From: Lingula anatina
Taxonomy: Eukaryota > Animalia > Brachiopoda
Length of the DNA stretch: 64,000 nucleotides
Direction of reading: 5' to 3'
NCBI GenBank assembly: GCA_051362555.1
Contig: CM120645.1
Coordinates: 3,286,001 to 3,350,000, forward strand
Shown piece by piece: positions 13,591 through 25,698 of the stretch. The notes below the pieces were generated by a model. It made no database searches, was not told the DNA's origin, and saw only the letters and a list, made by a program, of their open reading frames with translations. The translations under genes and the position numbers were made by a program. Each line of letters opens with the position of its first letter. Within the stretch, counting starts at the first letter, position 1.

Positions 13591-13929
13591 TCAAGCCAAT
13601 GTTAAGATTTTAGCAGTGCATGCATTCTCTCATTATGATGCAGGCGGAATGCGACTACCTGTACAATAAGTGGTAGATAGTCGTTGGGATCCGTTTTATT
13701 AAAATCACTGGCCGAAAAGAAAGTTAAACAGGGCAACCATATTTTTAAAAGTTATACTGGAGAAATGAATTGTAGATCTCCGCTAATAACGAACGGTACC
13801 CCCCCCCCCCCACCCCTATTTACCTTACAGATGTATCCACAGCAGCGCTTCGCGGGCGCCAACACACTTCCACACACAAACACACTCACTTTAACTGTCG
13901 CACACACTCCAACTCTCTCTAGTAACCTT

Positions 13930-13981
<52 letters not shown>

Positions 13982-14051
13982 CACTTCCTGTGTATATTCT
14001 GATTATGAAGAGAAAATATACGTTTAACATCTTTGTTACTTGTATTTTTAC

Positions 14052-14191
14052 CTGGTCTCGAGGCATGCTGGTCCGTATCTACATGTATCTCCTCACGAGA
14101 ACGAGTTAGTAGTCCTTGTATAACCAGTTGTACTGCTATGTTAGATATTACTATGGCGGGTATCACGGTGAAATAGATTTGGCTTCGCCAT
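14052..14191 (-). pseudogene. Putative first coding (signal-anchor) exon of transferase copy 1, apparently frameshifted by 2 bp just after the ATG
   Basis: Homologous to 32036-32171 but reads ATG GCG AAG instead of ATG AGG CGA AGC. The hydrophobic IYFTVIPAIVISNIAVQLVI frame has no ATG. A phase-1 donor CAG|GTAAAA is present. Confidence 0.5.
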
Positions 14192-16488
14192 GTTCAATGA
14201 AAAAATACTGTATTGGGGGTAGGTGATATGCCAAATGTTTCCCTCATGCCCCACAGGTGGTTTTCCATATGCATGTATATATTTCTGTGCACGTGTCCAT
14301 TGCCACATGACATTATTCTAGTCTCTCGTTTGACGAAGACTCTATTGCAAGTTAAATGAGGCCATTGTTCTAGCTTGTACGTACTGTACTTGTTTGAATA
14401 CCTAATGTATTCGCTAACGCCGGTGAATATGGGCAAAAATGAGGGACAAGATCTATGATAATATCCTGTAGAAAATATCTTTAACTTTGTTATGGAACTG
14501 ATATATTCTAGCTTGGACTAAAAACACTCATTGGTCCAAATGAGCTTTTTTCTTTTAGATATGCATGTTTATGTGCATTATTTGACCTAATTCTATAGGA
14601 CCTCGCATTTTGCGTGACAAATTTCATTAATGCATGTCTCGCCGAAAATAGGGGAGGCTGAGCAGCTTAGTAAATCTACGCGGAAGATCGAAGTAAGAGA
14701 TAGTCAAGGTGCTGAAAAAGAGCTATAAATATCTACTGGTACAATCACATGTACATATGGGTCTGTAATACAATCTTTATACACAAACATGTAAGTGGAG
14801 GGCATTTTTTGAGCTAAAAATAATTTATGTCACAGGCCCCCTGTGCAAGTTCGTATTGCGGAAAAAGTTTGAAGTCGGTAATCTATGGTTGGGCTTCTCT
14901 AAACTTTAAACATTGACTTATTTTTCTTGTTCATGTTCAATTAGTACAGAAGAGAACAGTTTCTCTGATCATCTGATATATCCTGCGTCGTTTTTCAAAG
15001 CAGTTTTACGAAATTATTTTTAATACGAGGTTACACGGGGAAAGTGGAAAGTAATTATTTTAATAGCAGGGAAATTTTGTCACTGGTACCTTTTATGTCG
15101 TTTGAAACACAATTTCTGGCATTAAAGCTATTAAATATTTTTTGCATGTATCGAAAACTGCTCATGGATGGTTTAGTTGTTTTCACCTAAATAAATTATC
15201 TCAATTAAATGCGTATGTGTGTGAATCTATATCTATTATATGTGTGTTTTCAAACGGGGAAAGAAGGGAGATTTGAGCCTACGTGATAATTGCGATAACC
15301 ACAGCATAATTATGCTGCATTATTTTAATCACTTGAAAGGTTTGGCCGTAAGTTTGAGTCGTGTTTGTACTGTTTGTACATTGTACTGAATTATCATGTT
15401 TTTTTTTCAATATTTAGAACGAAAAGAGAAGCCATACGTTCGAAATAACGGATCAAAATAAAGGAGTTTAGCATTCACTTTTAGTGACATAGGAACAAAA
15501 TTAGACGCTGACCAGCGATACACCTGCCTGAGAGGGCAGGGGGGGGGGGGGGGGCACGAAGTAAAATTTACGCCAGAAAGATTTCAAAGCCTTATTTAAG
15601 AACAAAAAGAAAGCACAACCAATGTTGACGCACGCACGCTGTTTATGACAGCGGGTGGGAACCAGTGCAATACGAGCTGCATTTTTCTACATTTATTTAC
15701 TTGGAGATACAGTGTTTGCCGGCAATGAAAGCGCAAGGGAATAAAACTGAGAAAAAACTCCTACTACTTCAACACGCTGGTCATACGTGAAACCTTTGTT
15801 TTAAAATCTAACTTTTTCAGAATGCACTGATGCCCCTTCTTGTTCGATAAGACAATAAGTTGGCGGCCAGTAGCAATTGGTATCGGTAAACTGGTAGAGC
15901 AGAGGCAGTTGATGTGTTCGACTGTCAAAATAAATGCTTTTGACCCAACTGAAATAAACTTTATTAAACAAACCTTCCAACAGGTGCTCATTGATTTATG
16001 AGTCTACAAAATGGGCGTTTCTGACCTATTACATGTCATCTACCTACAGTTTGTGCAGTTTCGAGGGCGCCTTTTTAATCTCCATCTCTCTCTCTTTCGG
16101 CAACTTTTCTTGCGCTACTGATTGATTCGCCAGCGATGCTTGTTCTCATGAAAGTGCCAACTATCTATTATTTAATGTTTCATCACTTTCTGGAGTCTGA
16201 AGTTACGCCAGTGAAACGTATGTCAGTTTTAAGTTGATAAAATGTCCAATAGGAACCCGTCGCGTGGTATACGTTATGATAGTGCCACCAATTATTTACC
16301 TTATATGGTAAAGATTGTGCGGGCTGACAGTCACGGCGAGGCTGGGGTGCTACGTTGATATGTATAAATACGAACCCTCGAAACACAACTTCTCACCCTT
16401 CCTCATCCACTGGAGACGCAGGGACAGAAGAGAACCCATCAAGGACGCGACAGTTGCAGCAAGAAGCCCCGTACTTCTGAACGATACC

Positions 16489-19468
16489 ATGCATTTGTTC
16501 CTGGCTATAGTGCTGTCTGCCAGCCTGGCGGTTGCCGAAGGTAAGTTCCAACATGATTCGAAGGTCGATCTTGCTCTTACCAAGGGCTTTCACGAACTCT
16601 TGACTGCATTTCAACCTCTTAGAACGCTAGACCGAACCTAGTGTAGGAACGTTTCCCGGAAACCGAGATTTAAACAGAGACCGTGACAGAGAATCAGATA
16701 GTCACCCATTGTTCTCTGGGCTTTATTCATTTCATCCGGGAAACGCGCTCCACCCCAAAGTGTGTAATGCCCTTGCTTTTAGCATCTTCAATTAAAGTTT
16801 TTGGTGAAGCTGCCCCCACCCACCCACCCACCCATAAAAAGCCTAAAAGTTGATCCTAAGACAAAATATTTAGTGCACTCCAGTTCAGGATAAAAACATA
16901 CCGGTCTATTAAAATAAATGTTTGGTACATGTACGAGGTGTGACGACGTTATTGGCTTCATGTTACGCGTGGTACCAAATACAACTCAGTTATGGACTTT
17001 CTTATTATTTATTGAACTACTTTCCAGTTGTTACATGTGCCGCTTCCTTTACCCCTACTTCTACCTCATGCAGTCTCTAGGGGCCTTCTTCTCCTGTTTA
17101 CATTATGCGTGGTTGTATAAATATCATGAGAGCATGTCATTCAACTAAAGTTACTGTACAAAACACTCCCCGATCTTAGTCACTGCATGCTGTCACTAAA
17201 GCCCCCTTTACACTGGGCGGCGTCCTTTCTGCGTCCAGCAGTCCGGCCCCATTTGAGAGTTAAAAAATTATAATATTTTACGTGCCGACAACTGGCCGAT
17301 CATTGAGCATTCATTCTGATACAAAATTAATGCTCATGCCTCCTTATTAAGACCACAGCGATGCCAAATTTCATGGTCGCAGAAAGAACGCAGAAAGAAC
17401 GCCGTCCAGTGTAAAGGGGGTATTTCTAACATTACAGAGGTATTGTTTAGTGAGGAACCACTGCCTAATCTGTTGTCCAAAATATAGCTGGATATATAGC
17501 AAATATAACAAGGATATGCCACTTTACTGATAACATACCTGACAGAGGCGCCCCTTCCAATCGCTGAGCGTCGGTGCTTCAGAGATTTTTAGTTCATCAA
17601 TATCAAAACAAAGAATTCAGTCTTAAGAGAGGGTCCGAGAACATTAATTGTCAAGTAACCGTACAGCTACAGTCTAGCACACAAGTTTATAACGAGCAAA
17701 ATATTTTCCTTTGATAACTGCAAGAAAATCAACTTCTCAGATTATGTATATTTAACCAACAAACCCGATAACCTGCCGATCACATTCTGGTATGTATATG
17801 AATAACCATTCAACGTAAAATGATACCCCTGTATGTTCAAGAACATGTACATCTGCAATGTCTGAGTCTTGAACTGAAAAATTTTGCAGATGGATTGCAC
17901 GACTAGGAAAGCTCATTGACAAATATGAAACAAAAGAAAAAGAAATAAAATTCAAAGTTCACACTCATGAATTTGATGTTCATTATCACATATTGTAATC
18001 TAATGGAAATTGTGATGGTTTAAATTCAAAGGAGGTCAGAAAGTGCAAGAAATGTGTTCTCCAATCTGTCGCATGCCTAGTTGAATAGGTCAATGATAAT
18101 ATTTAGGTATTGTTCTTGAGACCCACTATAGCAAAACACAGTCAAGTTAAAAGCTAATGTTATATTTTTTTCTTGCCACTGAAATAAGGTTACAAGGGGT
18201 TGGGAAAACACACCCTTTATTTTCTTTGCATAAAGGGGGGATTGTACTCAGCGAACTGCTTCAACTTATATAAATCGATGACGACTTTCCTTCTTAACGT
18301 CGTTTCATCGATTGATTAATCGATTTTAGGTTGATACATGTTAGTTTGGTAACCAAGCTGAAGGGTCGTTTTTGTGATCTCTTGGTTTATTAATTAGTTT
18401 TTCAGCTTATGTTTTTTCGCGATTGATCGATGATTTATTCAATCGTTTCATTTGTTGTATGGTTGACAATGTAATTAAATGATTGAATTTGCAGTTGATG
18501 GATGATTTGATTGTGAAACAGCTCGATTGAGTGGTTAATTAACCAATATGTCGAATGACTGGTTTGTATGATAGTTGGTCGTCCAATTAGTAAATGACAG
18601 ACGGTTACTTTGGTTTGCAGGAGGATACGTCAGCCCTAGGTTCATTGTTAGGCACAGGTCTAGCGGCCGTTGTTACGCCTATGCTGACTGGTGGTCCTGG
18701 GGCCATCATTATGAAAAATTCCGTGCAGACAATTGCCCCAATGCGGCTGAACTAGAATGGCATCAGAAGGAAGGACACTGGGGCTATCTGAAGGTCGTAG
18801 GCACTGCCGGACATTGTTTGAACCCCTTCGGCGGCTGGGCTCATCCAGGAGACAATACAGCAATTTTCCCACATCCAAATTGCTACAATTCTGCATTGTT
18901 TGCAATCAACCAAGAGAAGGGCTTCATCAAACATTCTGGGGGCAAATATGTTCACCCGTACCCATATAACGGTGAAATGCCAAGCTGGCATTCCGATACG
19001 ATGATACACGGAGGAACTTTCTCAAATATGCAGTTTGACTTTCTTAACCGCAACCTCCAGAAAGTTCAGGTTATTCCAAACCCATCAGTTGCCGGAGACT
19101 GGGTTAAAATCAGCTGTTGGGGCCATGTTGGCCCTGGGTCTTTGTCGTATACATTTAAAGCTGGCTACTCTAAAACCGAGTCCTCGACGTTAACAAATTC
19201 ATGGGAAATGACCATCGAAGTGGCCAAAAAAGTCATTACAGCCAGCGTCACCTATAGTGGTTCTTACTCAACCTCCTACGAATCGCAATGGACGCAGGAA
19301 CGGGAAATAACCAGAACAGTCACTGTCACTGTAGCTGGCACCATATGTTTGTGGCAGTGGCAGTATGTATTTGAGCAGTTTAATGATAAATATGTGTTCA
19401 AACCCATGATTATGCAAGAAACCCGTTCTGACGTGAAACCAACCAATATCCCCAGAAACAAAAAGTAG
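16489..19468 (+). CDS. Secreted mytilectin-type lectin / pore-forming protein, copy 2 (exons 16489-16540 and 18621-19468; 299 aa)
   Basis: Translation identical to copy 1; same splice sites. Confidence 0.85.
16939..17436. mobile_element. Solo LTR in the lectin intron with a nested MITE (~17199-17421)
   Basis: TGT...ACA termini, 4 bp TSD GAGG, empty site in type B units (~37419). Inner TIR CCCCCTTTACACTGG...CCAGTGTAAAGGGGG. Confidence 0.7.
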
Positions 19469-21284
19469 AAATTGGTCCAATTACCTGTCAATCTTATTAA
19501 TTTACAATATCTTTATTTCTTCTTTCTCTGCTATGCTAAATATCATGGATTGGGTTTTTGTCTCTTTTCCCCCACTATTCTGTCTATTTAATATTCAGAT
19601 TTTTCTGATGACATACCTATAGAGGTATTTAGCGAACACACAAAGGCGTTTTTTTTCTGGTTGGGTTTTTGTAATAAACAGTGGATCATTAAGGTTGCTG
19701 TCGCTGAGAATTACACATTCTAAAATATGGTATTTGAATTCAATTCATTATAAACAGTATCACCATAATGAAATCACTTTTAAACCCAGAAATATAGTTT
19801 ATGATACACGTTTCTCACTTCAATTGCCTTCGTAGTGTACGATCACTACCTTATATTATATTCTATTCTATACCTCACTACCTCAACTTGTAGTCATATT
19901 AACTTATTTTTATTTCTTACTCTGATAATCTCTTATTTTGGTGGAGGAACCAAAAAAATGAGCAAAATGATAAAAAAGGTTCTGATTCTTTTCTTAATGG
20001 ACAGTTGTTCAGCATGGAGGACATCTTTCACGTTTGCTGCGCCCACAGTTAGTTTCACCAAGGAGGTAGTTGTTGGGACTCCTTGGTTTCACACATTTCG
20101 ATTTTTGACAGTACTTGTAAACCACACTAGACCTGTTAATCCACATATTTGTAATAAAAGTAGAAAGACTCAGGACCACAGACACGTGCTTGACTTTTTT
20201 TTGTATCACGTCTCTCCGTTTGTTACCCTGAATCCTATTTTTTGCATATTATTTATTTATTTATATATCTATTTATTTTGCTTGCCCCTTTTCTTTGGAA
20301 CAAATTTGTTATTATTTAAAGTTCTGTTCATGGACAGTGTTTTTCACGTTTATTACTCTCTTCAAAATGCTCAACAAACAAAGCGTAGATAAGTTTTTAA
20401 TAATAAATGTATCAGACCGTTTTTATATTTTATAATTATTTAACGGAATCATCTCCAATTGAATTCCTCGTAAATAATTCAAACTTATGATTGCTTGAAT
20501 AAGGACCTTATAGTCCATGGGCCAAATACCGACCCCCACCCCCTTAGTGATTTTTGTTCACTATGTTTTTCTAATAGGCCCTTAGTTTTTATTTTTTTGC
20601 GTGTTTGCCAGTAAAGTGGTTGTTGGTGTGTCTTGGTAACACACGGGTTAAAAAATGACAGTTCTGAGGCCAACAAAATCTTAAATATTTCAAATGCATT
20701 GACTAAATGACATTTAAAATCATTCTAGAGTCATTCTAAAATCATTCTAAAATGAGAGCTATATTCCTCATTTCATCTTAAATTTGGATGAGAACTTATT
20801 TTCATAATACTGCTCATCACTACTAGATGTGTGTCCATGTAAAATGATTAAAAAAGAAAGATGAAATGGTCAACAATAACCGAAGACTAGGTAACAGCAA
20901 ATCTTGATTGGCTTTCCAATGAACTACAGCCAAGACATTTCACCTGTTACCATAAAGCCTTAATCCTGAATATGCAATTAAATATGGACAAGTATTTCCA
21001 TGAAAGCAGTGTAGAAAGGTCATATAAGATTGCAATTGACTGCACAACTTTTAGAATTATACGTTTCTTGCATTAAAATTCATACCCGCACTGTCAATTG
21101 TGGCCATGTTGAATTTTGGAACAACCAAGCAAATATAATATGGCCAAATAAAAATAATTTATATTTAGATTATAGGTTAATTATGTTCAACAGAAAGTGT
21201 AAGATACATTTTGAAAGAAAAAAGTAACATTTATTCAGTTAGCACAGCAATATGTATACACCGTGTTTTGTGATGGCCACCTTG

Positions 21285-22286
21285 AGTTCCTTCGTCATTT
21301 CATCCTCAGAAAGTTTTTCACAGTATTTATTATATGCAGATTGGTACTTTTCAAATAATTCATCGTACTGTTCCAAATTTGTTTTCACGATATGAAGGTT
21401 ATTAAAGTCAGTCATAGCATTCACTATTTTGTTACAGCATACTGTAACTGAGCGTAGCGCTGCACTTTTTCTGTCCTTTAAAGTTTTAATGGTAGTTGTG
21501 TCTGACTGTGGTACATCTGCGTTTGTTTCACCGTTCATGATGCCAGTGTTCGGAACAAAATATTTGTACTAATATTGTAGACGACGTTACGCATAAAATG
21601 ACTGAATCATTTATTGTCTTTTAGATAGCACAATTTGTTACAGTTTCGTTATCAAAATGGACACCGTGGCACGTTTGTTCTTTGTGTACGTTGAGCTTTT
21701 GTACAAATCTAAAAAAAAATGAAAAATGACATAAGTATGCGACAAACAATAAACTCATAGAAACTAATATAAACAAACTACGGTATATACGTTAAAGTAA
21801 AAATAAAAAACATTTTACAATTACTCACATTATATGCTATCTACGGTTCCAAACACAGGTGACCGACCGGTATGCTTGCTACTTGTCTTCTGAATTCTCT
21901 ATATATTTCTATACCACACACACCCAAAATCACGTGACTGATTACTGTTCGCATAACTAAGAGTGACCACACCCGCACAAAAACGAAGTAGATACTCCAG
22001 CGCAGTAGACTACTGCAATCATACTGCAAACATGCTTCAAATCTGCTTCGATGTGGGAGCTAATTAGCATATTTGAAACATGCTTCTATCATGCTGCTAA
22101 TCTACTGCATTAATGCTCCTCCTCTGTACAAGCCTATGTAATTTTTGAAGTAGAATTGCAGTAGGCTATACTGCATTTCTACTGCAAATATGCTCCACAC
22201 CTCTACTGCGTTTAAAATGCTTCTTTGCTACTTCGATACTACTGCATTTTCGTGCGGGCAAGGTCATGTGATTTGGTGCACTAACA
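21285..22286 (-). mobile_element. Same truncated LTR element, unit 2
   Basis: Identical to 7331-8332. Confidence 0.65.
21972..22258. mobile_element. EnSpm/CMC-like MITE (duplicate of 8018-8304)
   Basis: Identical sequence and TSD. Confidence 0.8.
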
Positions 22287-22492
22287 CTTGGATTGGCTGC
22301 CATTTTGGCAATTTAACTATGATATTTTTTCAAATAATTTCATTAATTGCTGAGGCCCAAGTCTTATTTTATAAGATTACAATACAGGTACCCGCGTTCA
22401 TATATTTGAAATACATGACAATTTAAAGGTCTCAGAAATTATAATTCAAAACCCCTGTATTACTATGGCCACAGCTAAATCTGTCACACCCA

Positions 22493-24025
22493 TAATAATA
22501 ATAATAATTATACTACAACTACTACTACTACTACTACTACTACTAATTATAATAAATTTATTTTGAGTCTAAACTCCATTATTACATGTTCAGAAGACTT
22601 TACATATACATAAACAATTACTAAATAATCATTTATTAGGAATAGATAAATAAATAAATTACAGAGTTTAACGACAAAAAATTAAGAGTGTTCACATAAA
22701 AGTACTTACAGTACATAGCTAAAATATGTTTGTGAAGAAGAAATAATCAATTCTAGGTAAAAAAAAGCCTTATTTACATATAGAAAAATTATAAGTATAA
22801 GCCTTATTTCTTACAGTGGAAAAATGCAATTACTATAACATTTGTAAAAACAATTTAAAAGTTGATTAGTCAAAAAAAATTCCTGAATAGGTATGTCGTT
22901 AATTCTTTTTTAAAATACTTGGTAGATTCAATTGATCGGATTTTCAGTGGTTATAAATTCCATTCCTTTGGACCTGCTGATTTAAAAGAAATGTCACCAT
23001 AAGTTTTTAGGCGCATTTTTACCAGCTTATATAAGTAACAATTTGTCTACAGACCGCACGTTTCTTGCTGGAACATAGTGAGTGACTAATTCACTTAGGT
23101 AGATCGGTGCGACTTTGTAAAAAGCGTCATGAACAAGACTAGAAATTTAAAACAATCCTGGCTTGCAGTCAGGTAGCCAATGTAACTCTGCTAAAACTGG
23201 GGTGATATGGTTACTCATGGATGTACGGGTTGATAATTTAGCTGAGATGTTCTGAATACGCTGCAGTATTTTAATGTTTTTTTGACACCCATATAAAATA
23301 GAATTACAGAAACCCAATCTAGACGTTACTAAACAATTTGTAACTGTACATGTAGCTGCAGCAGAGTCAGAGAGGTGATTACGAATTGTGCATATGTTCC
23401 TAATATTAAATACTGCTCACTTGCATATGCTAGCAATTTGATTATTCATAGAAAGCGTTCTATCAACCACCCTCGTAGATCATCAATACACTTAGACAGC
23501 TTTTCCATTGATTCATTAGGATTTTTTACATTACAGCATGTTAAAATTTGCGTATCATCAGCATAGATGTTATAGCCAAAACTGTGATGTCTCAATATGG
23601 CCCCAGTGGGTCATGTATAGAAAGCTAGAGGTCCAAGAACATTACCTTGAGATGCACCAAAAGCTAACTCTGACACATTTGACAATATTCCATTAATTAA
23701 AACCTGTTGTGAGCGACCTGTATGATAAGAGCGTAAAAGACTAAGTGCAGAGTCCCTGATATCAACATAATCTTGTAGTTCATGATCGATTGTATCAAAA
23801 GCTGCAGACAGGACAAATAAGACTAAAAGAATCATTGAGTGTTCATTGACTCCACACGGGAGATCACTTTTTTATTCTTAGCAGTGGTGATTCAGTACTG
23901 TGTCTGGCCTAAATGTGATAGTAATCTTGCAGCAATGACCCTTTCAACGGTTTTTGATAGAAACGAGAGGTAAAACACAGGTCTGTAATGTCTAAATGTA
24001 TCAGAGTCTAGAGATGGCTTTTTTA
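22493..24025 (-). mobile_element. Same LINE remnant, unit 2 (cut by the insertion)
   Basis: Homologous to 8541-10072. Confidence 0.85.
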
Positions 24026-24188
24026 TGCCCCTATTTCACACAGACCACGAATCCCACAAATGGCCATGACTTGACAAATTACGGCGCCAATTACAGCCGG
24101 CCCCCCAGGAGTCAACGGCAACCCCTACCACGACGAAGTCGTCAGAGCAAAAGCTTACCTGAAAGGCTGCTCTGACTGGGCAGACCAC

Positions 24189-24590
24189 ATGCTCAAACAA
24201 CTCGGCAACAACGCCCACCATGTCAGATGCCGTGTAGACTTCAGGGGATGCCCTGATGACGACATCCTTCTGGCAACAATGATCAACATACAAGACAAGG
24301 CCGCAACGGAGCTTAAATCCGCGATCGAGGCCCACACGCAATCTTTCGTAGACAAAGCTAAGGAAAGCTTGGCAAAGGCAGAAGAGAGGGAATCCAGGGC
24401 GGAAGAGCACTTCAACATCCACGGCGTGTACACGCCAGGACACCAACCCTCTACTTCAACGACCGCAAACAACCAGATCATGGAGCAAATGAGACTCCTC
24501 ATTCTCGCCATGAAGGACAAGAAGAAGAGCCGCGTGCTAGCCAGCAAAGTGAAACGAAGACTAACCTCAGTCAAGAAAACCACACTGTAA
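24189..24590 (+). CDS. Unknown helical protein with basic C-terminus (133 aa; frame open from 24075, possibly from ATG 24060 across one TGA)
   Basis: GC content clearly above the flanks with coding-like composition; coiled-coil-like stretch and a K/R-rich tail. Confidence 0.55.
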   Translation: MLKQLGNNAHHVRCRVDFRGCPDDDILLATMINIQDKAATELKSAIEAHTQSFVDKAKESLAKAEERESRAEEHFNIHGVYTPGHQPSTSTTANNQIMEQMRLLILAMKDKKKSRVLASKVKRRLTSVKKTTL

Positions 24591-24628
24591 AATAGAAGCC
24601 ATTGCTTCGACGTCCTAAAAAAAAAAAC

Positions 24629-24667
24629 GGCCCTTTTCAGGGCACCCCATTTCTACCAGGAAAAGCT
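24629..24667 (+). promoter_or_regulatory. Histone-mRNA-like 3' stem-loop plus purine-rich downstream element
   Basis: AAAC-GGCCCT-TTTC-AGGGCA-CCCC 38 nt after the ORF stop, then CAGGAAAAGCT; second copy TGCCCT-TTTC-AGGGCC at 25584-25599. Confidence 0.55.
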
Positions 24668-24713
24668 AAACCTGAATGTTCAAATAGAGCGCAATAAATC
24701 ATACCACAAATAA

Positions 24714-25698
24714 AAGGCGAGATGCCTTCCCCACATTTATTTATAATCAATAAAGCAAAGAAAAGTCATTCTGGAGATAAAGCAAAATGCCCTAATCTCA
24801 CTTAGACCAAATTTTAACACTTACAGGGCACAATCGACTTATAAGACACAAACATCGCAAATAAAAGGCGAGATGCCTTCTCACTTTATTTATAAGCAAC
24901 AAGGAAAAGGAATCCAAAATTAAAAAAGGTGCCCGAAACCTATACAGACCATCTCAGCAAATGAAAAGTCAGTGTTAACACGTATATGCACAGCATAAGA
25001 ATACTAATAAATTTGATCCGAGGTTAAAAAACCTTGCCAAAAATGAAACCAATAAACTACATCTAAACAGAAAGGATTAAGATACACCACGAGAACAGCC
25101 AATCAAAACTCATAATCTAAACAACCAATCAGATCCCGGCCTCGTTCTCGTTTTGACACAATTTCAACAAATCCTCAGTCGACCTCCGACTCTTGAGCCA
25201 TTCACACGCTCAATTCATACCGTCCACTTTGACACAAGCGAGACACTTGTGATCAAGCATGATACTATAAAGCCGAGATGGCTCGTATCATTCACAATGG
25301 CGAGACACCATTGATGAAAACTCGCTAAACGAAGCATGATACTTAAAAGCCGAGATGCCTCGTATCATTCACAATGGCGAAACACCATTGATGAAAACTT
25401 ACTAAACAAAGGCGAGACACCTTTGCTTACCAACCCCTACGTCCCTAAATTTTCTTTTTTTTTTTATTATCGGACTCTGCAGCTGATGAAGGTCACTTGT
25501 TGACCGAAAAGCGCTTTCTGCAACCAGTCCACCCTCCCCCTTCCCCCGACAGGCGAGATGCCTCTATTGTGCCAATCACGAAATGCCCTTTTCAGGGCCC
25601 CCTGTGTAGATCGGTATCTATAAATCTCATACGAAGTAGGCGAGACACCTACTCTCTTATCAAAGACATTCTTTCCCTATAATAAAGGCGAGAAGCCT
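24714..25698 (+). repeat. Array of 11 short hairpins with conserved CGAGAYR-like 7 nt loops; includes a 77 bp tandem duplication (~25256-25407)
   Basis: Stems differ in sequence but remain complementary in 10 of 11 copies. Confidence 0.75.
25478..25522 (+). ncRNA. Minimal type I hammerhead ribozyme
   Basis: Stem I TGCAG/CTGCA, core CTGATGA, stem II GGTCA-cttgt-TGACC, GAAA, palindromic stem III AAGCGCTT, predicted UUU cleavage triplet. Confidence 0.75.

Larger units (their letters stand above)
1..23970. repeat. Recent tandem segmental duplication, type A: 1-~10010 matches 14005-~23970
   Basis: Near-identical sequence and ORF track at offsets 14004-13953. Confidence 0.95.

Noticed and set aside
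24036-24583. Two minus-strand ORFs over the insertion ORF
   Set aside because: Antisense shadows of the + strand frame; all RNA motifs are oriented on the + strand.
24189-24590. ORF as a histone or delta-antigen homolog
   Set aside because: No histone-fold or HDAg sequence motifs recognisable.
24714-25698. Hairpin array as a CRISPR array
   Set aside because: Irregular spacing, variable stems, no cas genes, eukaryotic context.
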